Notes under the pieces: generated by a model | What the model saw: only the letters and a program-made list of their open reading frames with translations | The model's database searches: none | Told to the model about the DNA's origin: nothing | Program-made: the position numbers and the translations under genes | Origin: Minisyncoccia bacterium | Lineage (GTDB): Bacteria; Patescibacteriota; Minisyncoccia; Phycocordibacterales; Phycocordibacteraceae | DNA: 64,000 nucleotides | Direction of reading: 5' to 3' | NCBI GenBank assembly: GCA_038212075.1 | Contig: JBBQUV010000002.1 | Coordinates: 7,343-71,342, forward strand | Shown here: positions 57,995-64,000 of the stretch, one piece after another | Layout: each line of letters opens with the position of its first letter | How positions within the stretch are numbered: the first letter of the stretch is position 1

Positions 57995-58516
57995 ATGAAT
58001 CTTCTTCACGATGTTGCACCGGGTTCGAAAAATGAAATAAACGTTATTGTTGAAATCAACAAAGGTTCTCACAACAAGTACGAAATTGATAAGGAAACAG
58101 GCCTTATCGCACTTGATCGTGTGGCACACACAGGCCAAGACTTCCCGTTTGATTATGGCTTTGTACCTCAAACACTTTGGGATGACGGGGATGCACTCGA
58201 CGTAATACTTCTTACGACCTATCCTCTCTTTCCCGGGCTTCTCGTGCGCGCCCGACCGGTCGCCCTCATGAAAATGATCGATGGCGGTGACGTCGATGAT
58301 AAAGTCATTGCCGTTCCTCTTGAAGATCCTCGATGGTCAGAAACGAAAGACTTGCAGGATCTTAATAAGCACACCCTTAAGGAAATTCAACACTTCTATT
58401 CAACGTATAAAAACCTGCAAAACAAAGTAGTTGAAGTAACGGGGTTTGAAGATAAAAATGCGGCAGAAGCGGCATTTGAAAAAGGACGAAAAATGTACGA
58501 GGATAGTAAGAAATAA
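57995..58516 (+). CDS. ppa: Inorganic pyrophosphatase (family I)
   Basis: NKYE, DYGFVPQT, DDGDALD, DDKVIAV. Confidence 0.95.
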   Translation: MNLLHDVAPGSKNEINVIVEINKGSHNKYEIDKETGLIALDRVAHTGQDFPFDYGFVPQTLWDDGDALDVILLTTYPLFPGLLVRARPVALMKMIDGGDVDDKVIAVPLEDPRWSETKDLQDLNKHTLKEIQHFYSTYKNLQNKVVEVTGFEDKNAAEAAFEKGRKMYEDSKK

Positions 58517-58532
58517 GGCAGTCTTTAGAAGA

Positions 58533-58564
58533 AGCAAACGCGCGCCCATGGGCGCGCGTTTGCT
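58533..58564. terminator. Perfect 32-bp palindrome, probable terminator
   Basis: agcaaacgcgcgcccatgggcgcgcgtttgct. Confidence 0.65.
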
Positions 58565-58575
58565 ATACTCTCCCT

Positions 58576-58776
58576 ATGGAAACGCAGAACACTGAATCAA
58601 ATCCGCTCATTAGCCCCCCATCGTCCCCACGTAAAAAAGAAAACGCCTCCTATGGCGCACTCATCTCTATCGTCATCATTCTCGCTCTTGTCGTCGTTGG
58701 CGCCTTTTATTCATGGGGGAAGCGCATAGAGCAAAACCAACCAAAACAACCGGCACAAACAGGTGTGGCGAAATAA
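58576..58776 (+). CDS. Small single-TM protein
   Basis: 66 aa; YGALISIVIILALVVVGAFYSW. Confidence 0.75.
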   Translation: METQNTESNPLISPPSSPRKKENASYGALISIVIILALVVVGAFYSWGKRIEQNQPKQPAQTGVAK

Positions 58777-58827
58777 TATGCAAAAAGAGGCGCCTTGCGG
58801 TGCCTCTTTCGCTTTTTGTGTAACCGG

Positions 58828-59688
58828 TTAAAGCGAAACCGGCATTCCAATCGAAAGTGTTCCCGAACCCTTCGGCACTGCATTCACGCCGAAGTAGATT
58901 TTGCCGTCGCGTTCCGCGCTACGTACGCGACGGTACGTTGCCAAGGTTCGCATAGGCTCGTTGTTCGGGTCGTGGTTCGCAAAGTGCGATGAACCACGAT
59001 CAGTGTGCACTTCAATCGCGCGACAACGCGAACAAAGTTTAACCCGATCAAAGACGTTACTGTCACCGAAGGTAATCGGTGCAAGCGTGTCTTCTTCGTG
59101 TGCTTCGGTGCCGCCGATGACGATGTTTGGCCGAAACCGCTCCATTGATGCAGGCGACTGATCATGCGCAATCAAACGATGCGTGAGTTGGTCGTGCGAT
59201 GCTTGCGACAGTATCATGGCGGGGTAGCCGTCTTGAGCATGAAGCGGAATTGCGCACCCCATTTGCGTTGAGTGGCGTGTCCGCTCGTGCCACGGGATTG
59301 ATCGCATCAACCGTACCTTCATTCCGAGACATTCGGAAAAAAACTTGTCGTAGGCGATGCCCATTTCGAGCATCCACGAGGTCTCGCGATGAATGATGAC
59401 CACCGCTTCGGGCAGTTCACCTGGTTCTGGTTGTTGAAGCGATATCACCATAGCGCCGACGCCATGTCGGGTTACGGTGACGCCGATTCCGCGCCTACTC
59501 ACGCTGAAGTCGGCGAGGTTCGGGAAGTCACGAAGGGTGACCATGTTCCCTTTTTCGTCGACCAGCATGAACATGCGGTCGTGTTCGAACCCTTTCGGGG
59601 TGTAGAGAGCTTCACTCACGGAGATGCCGGGGAGACTTTTGATTGGATAGATGGAAAGACCTGTAATTGATACGCCTGTCTTTGTCAT
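58828..59688 (-). CDS. MOSC-domain protein (YcbX/mARC-like)
   Basis: IYPIKS, DRMFML, DGYP, RFRPNIVI, CSRC, FGVN; GAGGG SD before ATG 59688. Confidence 0.88.
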   Translation of the reverse strand: MTKTGVSITGLSIYPIKSLPGISVSEALYTPKGFEHDRMFMLVDEKGNMVTLRDFPNLADFSVSRRGIGVTVTRHGVGAMVISLQQPEPGELPEAVVIIHRETSWMLEMGIAYDKFFSECLGMKVRLMRSIPWHERTRHSTQMGCAIPLHAQDGYPAMILSQASHDQLTHRLIAHDQSPASMERFRPNIVIGGTEAHEEDTLAPITFGDSNVFDRVKLCSRCRAIEVHTDRGSSHFANHDPNNEPMRTLATYRRVRSAERDGKIYFGVNAVPKGSGTLSIGMPVSL

Positions 59689-59837
59689 GTCGTGCCCTCG
59701 CGTTTGGTTTGTGTGCACCATGCACACAAAAAGATGGGTATCGTCCCGCGTGATACCTTACCGCTCACACACGAAAGCGCAAGATTTACGCACTGCGCAC
59801 AGTTTGTTACCATGCACTCACGCTTAACAAAGACACT

Positions 59838-60443
59838 ATGCAACACATGACACCGCGCTCCTCAATGCTTGTTCCAATGGTGATTGAAAAATCACAATTT
59901 GGTGAACGTGCCTACGATATCTACTCTCGTCTTTTGCGCGAACGGATTATTTTTCTTGGTGGCGGCATTGACGACGACACTGCAAACCTGATCATCGCGC
60001 AACTTCTCTTTTTGGAAGCAGAAGACCCAAAAAAAGATGTATCGCTTTATGTAAACTCGCCAGGCGGTTCGGTTACCGCAGGGCTTGCGATTCTTGACGC
60101 GATGAACCATATCAAACCCGATGTTTCTACGGTGTGTGTCGGTATGGCCGCATCAGCCGCCGCGGTCATTCTTGCCGCTGGCGCAAAAGGAAAACGCTAC
60201 GCTCTTCCAAACGCCGAAGTTATGATTCACCAGCCATGGGGTGGTGCGCAGGGGCAAGCAACGGATATTGAAATCACCGCAAAGCATATTCTTGCAACAC
60301 GCGACCGTTTGAACAAAATTCTCTCCAAGGCTACCGGTCAACCGCTCGCAAAAATTGAAAAGGATGTGGAGCGCGATTACTTTATGACATCCGACGAAGC
60401 AAAAAAGTACGGGTTGGTAGATCAGGTATACAAAACGAAATAA
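59838..60443 (+). CDS. clpP: ClpP protease
   Basis: DIYSRLL, NSPGGSV, MAAS, MIHQP, ERD. Confidence 0.97.
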   Translation: MQHMTPRSSMLVPMVIEKSQFGERAYDIYSRLLRERIIFLGGGIDDDTANLIIAQLLFLEAEDPKKDVSLYVNSPGGSVTAGLAILDAMNHIKPDVSTVCVGMAASAAAVILAAGAKGKRYALPNAEVMIHQPWGGAQGQATDIEITAKHILATRDRLNKILSKATGQPLAKIEKDVERDYFMTSDEAKKYGLVDQVYKTK

Positions 60444-60459
60444 AAAATATTGGAATTAA

Positions 60460-60491
60460 GAAAGGGCCCGGAACGTCGTCCGGGCCCTTTC
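60460..60491. terminator. Bidirectional terminator
   Basis: gaaagggcccgga-acgtcg-tccgggccctttc. Confidence 0.8.
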
Positions 60492-60509
60492 GATAGGCAG
60501 CGTGCGCCG

Positions 60510-60824
60510 TTAGTAGGCGTACTCGAGTTTGAACGCCACAACATCGAGGTGTGCGCTATTGCGCAAGAATCCAATGATGTTGCGGTACAGCGTGCTGACG
60601 GGGCTGTTGATGAGGCCAGGTGATTCACCCGGTTTCCGCTCATCGTCCTTCGTCAGTTCAACAATGCCGTGCACGACGACTGGTGGTGTTCCGCCACCTC
60701 TCGCCGAAGTGATGACGTAGGAGAGTTCGCCCGTGTCGATTTCCGGGACACAATCCAGCGCCATTCTGACGGCTTTTTCTATATTGTAGCCGCCCGGTAC
60801 GGCAAGCTCAAGGTTCAACTTCAT
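60510..60824 (-). CDS. GC-rich orphan protein
   Basis: 104 aa; GGGAGG SD; TTGACT-16-TATACT promoter at 60852-60879. Confidence 0.7.
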   Translation of the reverse strand: MKLNLELAVPGGYNIEKAVRMALDCVPEIDTGELSYVITSARGGGTPPVVVHGIVELTKDDERKPGESPGLINSPVSTLYRNIIGFLRNSAHLDVVAFKLEYAY

Positions 60825-60905
60825 GTCTTCCTCCCAAGGCTGGACAATACGAGTATACTATTTTTTTACCACAAGTCAATTCACTCTGATGGCGACACCT
60901 AATAG

Positions 60906-60936
60906 AAAAAACCCGGGCGCAGTGTCCGGGTTTTTC
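60906..60936 (-). terminator. Terminator
   Basis: aaaaacccgggc...gtccgggttttt. Confidence 0.75.
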
Positions 60937-60959
60937 CTTTACAGCGCACAGAGAAGCCC

Positions 60960-61247
60960 TTACTTCCCTGCTTGGTGAAAGGTGAGATGGGTGAGAAAGG
61001 ACGCGAGTGTGAAGATGCACGCAATGGTGAACCAGATCACGACCTGCGCCGCTTCGCTCTGGATTTTGAATGAATGAACCGTCTCCACACCGACCACTGC
61101 AGTGGCGAGAAAGCCAACGGCGAACACCAGAGCAGTGAAGACCACGTGAGGCCGATTCTGAATGAGTGGCGCCTCGGTATAGGTCATGGTGAGCGTGAAG
61201 AGTGCGCCAAAGAGTGCTGGCACAAGCACGACGAGAAGGAACGACAT
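60960..61247 (-). CDS. Orphan 3-TM membrane protein
   Basis: 95 aa hydrophobic; TTGACA-17-CAAAAT promoter at 61277-61305. Confidence 0.7.
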   Translation of the reverse strand: MSFLLVVLVPALFGALFTLTMTYTEAPLIQNRPHVVFTALVFAVGFLATAVVGVETVHSFKIQSEAAQVVIWFTIACIFTLASFLTHLTFHQAGK

Positions 61248-61434
61248 AGGACAATTCCGCTTAGAGTTGCCCGTGCATTTTGCATTTTTTATTTAAACAT
61301 GTCAACTGCTCTCCTACGATTTTCGTGGTACCATTTTTAGGTACTGAAACGGCTGAACGAAAGAAACGACCGACCGCCTGGATTCCTTTATTTGTCTTTG
61401 AGCTCCCGCCAAGCGGGTAGTAACTGAAAGGGCT

Positions 61435-62964
61435 ATGTCTATAAATCTTGTGCTTATTTTGCTCGCGATTTCCGGCCTTGCCGGCATCGCGCTTGGGTAC
61501 GTGCTTCGCTTTTTGATATCGCTTGGACAGCGTGGGTCTTTGGAAATTGAAATCAAGCAGAAAATGCTTGAAGCAAAAGAACGCGCGAATCATCTTATAA
61601 AAGAAGCAGAGGAGCGGGCAGACGAAGTAGAGAAAGAACAGCTTGCGCCACTCGTTGAACGTGAAGAAAAATTAAACAAAACCGAAGAACGGCTTGCAAA
61701 AAAAGAAGAATTTCTTGATGACCGTGAACGGGGGTTTGTGGATCGTTCTGAAGAATTGAAGGCACGTGAAAATGACGTGGTACGCGCAAAGCGTGAAGCG
61801 GAAGCACTTTCACAAGAACGTCGCGCCGAGCTTTCTAAAATCGCACGACTGTCTGAAAACGCCGCACGCGACTTGTTGATGAAAGATATCGAAGATTCAC
61901 ACGAAGACGCGGTACTCACGCGTCTGCAAAAACTGGAAGCCAATGGTCGCGAACGTCTTGAAGCAAAGGCACGCAATATTCTCACCGCGGTTATTCATCG
62001 CCTTTCAAGTCCGGTGAATGCAGAAGTCACTACCCTCTCAGTACAGATTCCTTCTGAAGAAGTAAAAGGAAAAATTATCGGCAAAGAAGGGAGGAATATT
62101 AAAGCGTTTGAGCGTGCGACAGGTGTCGATGTGCTTATTGATGACGCACCAGACAAAATTACTCTTTCGTCGTTTGACCCACTTCGTCGGCATATCGCGA
62201 AGGCGGCGCTTGAAAAACTGATTAGTGATGGACGTATTCAGCCGGCAAAAATTGAAGAGGTGGTTGAAAATACCAAGAAAGAAATGAACGACCTTATTAA
62301 ACAAAAAGGCGAACAAGCGGCGTATGAAGCTGGCGTCGTTGGCTTTGATCCGAAACTCATTGCCCTTCTCGGTCGCCTTCATTTCCGTACGAGTTACGGA
62401 CAGAATGTCCTTCAGCACTCGGTTGAAATGGCGCACATTGCAGGAATGCTTGCTACAGAACTTGGCGCTAATGCTGACGTCGCACGTGCCGGTGCACTCA
62501 TTCATGACATTGGGAAAGCAGTAGATCACGAAGTGTCAGGCACGCATGTGGAAATTGGGCGCAGAATTCTGGAAAAGTTTGGCGTAGATAAGTCCATCAT
62601 TCAAGCAATGCAGTCGCACCACGAAGAGTATCCGTATGAAACACCAGAATCAGTAATTGTGCAGGCGGCAGACGCTATTTCTGGCGGGCGCCCTGGTGCT
62701 CGTCGCGACACGGTGGAACGATACCTTGAGCGTTTGGGTGACTTGGAACGCATCGCATCGTCGTTTGAGGGTGTGGAAAAGGTATATGCGATTCAAGCAG
62801 GTCGCGAAATTCGAGTGTTTGTAAATCCGGGGAAGGTTTCTGACATCGCAATGCATAAAATGGCGCGCGATATCGTGGAACGTATTCAAGACGAACTTAA
62901 ATATCCGGGGGAAATCAAAGTGAACATGATTCGCGAGAATCGCGTCGTTGAATTCGCACGTTAA
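61435..62964 (+). CDS. rny: Ribonuclease Y
   Basis: N-terminal TM, coiled coil, KH domain KGKIIGKEGRNI, RTSYGQN, HDIGK. Confidence 0.97.
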   Translation: MSINLVLILLAISGLAGIALGYVLRFLISLGQRGSLEIEIKQKMLEAKERANHLIKEAEERADEVEKEQLAPLVEREEKLNKTEERLAKKEEFLDDRERGFVDRSEELKARENDVVRAKREAEALSQERRAELSKIARLSENAARDLLMKDIEDSHEDAVLTRLQKLEANGRERLEAKARNILTAVIHRLSSPVNAEVTTLSVQIPSEEVKGKIIGKEGRNIKAFERATGVDVLIDDAPDKITLSSFDPLRRHIAKAALEKLISDGRIQPAKIEEVVENTKKEMNDLIKQKGEQAAYEAGVVGFDPKLIALLGRLHFRTSYGQNVLQHSVEMAHIAGMLATELGANADVARAGALIHDIGKAVDHEVSGTHVEIGRRILEKFGVDKSIIQAMQSHHEEYPYETPESVIVQAADAISGGRPGARRDTVERYLERLGDLERIASSFEGVEKVYAIQAGREIRVFVNPGKVSDIAMHKMARDIVERIQDELKYPGEIKVNMIRENRVVEFAR

Positions 62965-62973
62965 AGAAATACA

Positions 62974-63014
62974 AAAATGTAAATCCCACACCTCTGGTGC
63001 GGGATTTACATTTT
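62974..63014. terminator. Bidirectional terminator
   Basis: aaaatgtaaatcccacacc-tct-ggtgcgggatttacatttt. Confidence 0.8.
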
Positions 63015-63566
63015 CTTCGCAACGACAAACGACGTGTAGTTGAATTTCAAATCTTGGATGCTCTCTTCAAGAATATCGAGTTTGTAGAGTTCAGCGGCGC
63101 GTTTTGAGGCAATGGCGGCAGTGTCTTTAGAAAGTGTTCCGTTCGCAAGGTCTTCTGCCGCTTTTGCTGTGTCTGGGTATGGAACTAAATCAACACCTGG
63201 CCACTTTCGCTTCAAATACATACGGCACTGCTTCAGCGCTTGGTCATGGGAAGCGATTTTAGTGATTTGTTCTGGGTTAGTACCCGGAAGCACCAGCAAA
63301 TTTTGATGTACATCAATCTCAAACATCTTTTCTACCGAAAAAAGGTGTTTTGCCATGGCATACACCGCCTCAATCACAATGCCACCATTACTGTTTTCTA
63401 CCGGGAAGATGCCAGTATCAATAGAACCGGCTTCAAGTGCGGAAAGTACCCCCTCCACACTTACCAACGGGACAATTTCTGCGCCTTCAATTTTCTCATT
63501 TCGTACATAGGTTGCCGCCGCTTCTTCCGAAAAGCTTCCGTGAGCTCCTGAAATACCGATTTTCAT
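63006..63566 (-). CDS. Prephenate dehydratase catalytic domain only
   Basis: GSFSEEAA, PVENS, SHDQALKQC, AAIAS, NYTSF; no ACT domain. Confidence 0.85.
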   Translation of the reverse strand: MKIGISGAHGSFSEEAAATYVRNEKIEGAEIVPLVSVEGVLSALEAGSIDTGIFPVENSNGGIVIEAVYAMAKHLFSVEKMFEIDVHQNLLVLPGTNPEQITKIASHDQALKQCRMYLKRKWPGVDLVPYPDTAKAAEDLANGTLSKDTAAIASKRAAELYKLDILEESIQDLKFNYTSFVVAKKM

Positions 63567-63680
63567 TTAAAGCACTGTACCACACTACCCTGTTTTGGTG
63601 CCTATTGCGTAAAACGGCGTATTTCCTATACTTCCGCCATACCCTGCCTAGGGCAGGAATTAGCCCTTAATCCAATCCCT

Positions 63681-63953
63681 ATGAATAAAGCGGACATCAT
63701 AGATAAAGTGCATGGCGTTCTCGGCGGCACGAAAGCAGATGCTGAGCGTGCAGTGGAGTGCATGATTCAAAGCGTTCACGACGGGCTTAAAAAGGGTGAC
63801 GAAGTATCTGTTGCTGGTCTTGGTATCTTTGTTACCAAAGCACGTCCAGCTCGCGATGGTCGTAACCCACGCACGGGTGAATCCATCCGCATTGCGGCAA
63901 CTCGCACGCCAAAGTTTCGCCCTGCAAAGGCACTCAAAGACGCGGTTAAGTAA
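63681..63953 (+). CDS. hup: HU nucleoid-associated protein
   Basis: MNKADII, GLGIF, RDGRNPRTGE, PKFRPAKALKDAV. Confidence 0.96.
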   Translation: MNKADIIDKVHGVLGGTKADAERAVECMIQSVHDGLKKGDEVSVAGLGIFVTKARPARDGRNPRTGESIRIAATRTPKFRPAKALKDAVK

Positions 63954-63967
63954 GGTTGTATGTTCCA

Positions 63968-64000
63968 AAACGAAAACCCGCTTCAGGCGGGTTTTCGTTT
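63968..64000 (+). terminator. Intrinsic terminator
   Basis: aaacgaaaacccgc-ttcag-gcgggttttcgttt. Confidence 0.85.

Noticed and set aside
1-64000. CRISPR arrays, tRNA/rRNA genes, IS elements, alternative genetic code
   Set aside because: No spaced direct repeats, cloverleafs or transposase motifs noticed by eye; TGA ends intact genes such as dnaA and polA

Overview
A 64-kb chromosomal segment around the replication origin of a reduced-genome bacterium, most likely Patescibacteria/CPR (Parcubacteria-like). This is inferred from the streamlined PolA/HolA/YebC, split ComEC, pilin-rich content and CPR-type VirB4/PrgI/VirB6 cluster; the genetic code is 11. It holds dnaN-oriC-dnaA-rpmH-rnpA-yidC, polA, ruvB/yebC/ruvC, pcrA, recJ, rnhA, rsmA, nusA, rny, clpP, pgk/tpiA, a Fe/Mn SOD, competence/type IV pilus genes and a ~13-kb T4SS-like cluster. 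No rRNA, tRNA, CRISPR, integrase or transposase was seen. Signals beyond routine annotation: (1) an unannotated ~157-nt rod-shaped, 6S-like ncRNA candidate at 7659-7815 (-); (2) a TANNNT -10 box 6-8 nt before the start codon of about 17 core genes, suggesting pervasive leaderless mRNAs, in contrast to GC-rich orphan genes with their own -35/-10 promoter, leader, terminator and sometimes an SD; (3) parallel loss of zinc-binding cysteines in ComM, both PilB paralogues and DksA/TraR; (4) a 33-aa hyper-acidic micro-ORF; (5) a shared motif in two long 5' leaders. All calls were made by eye, without database searches.
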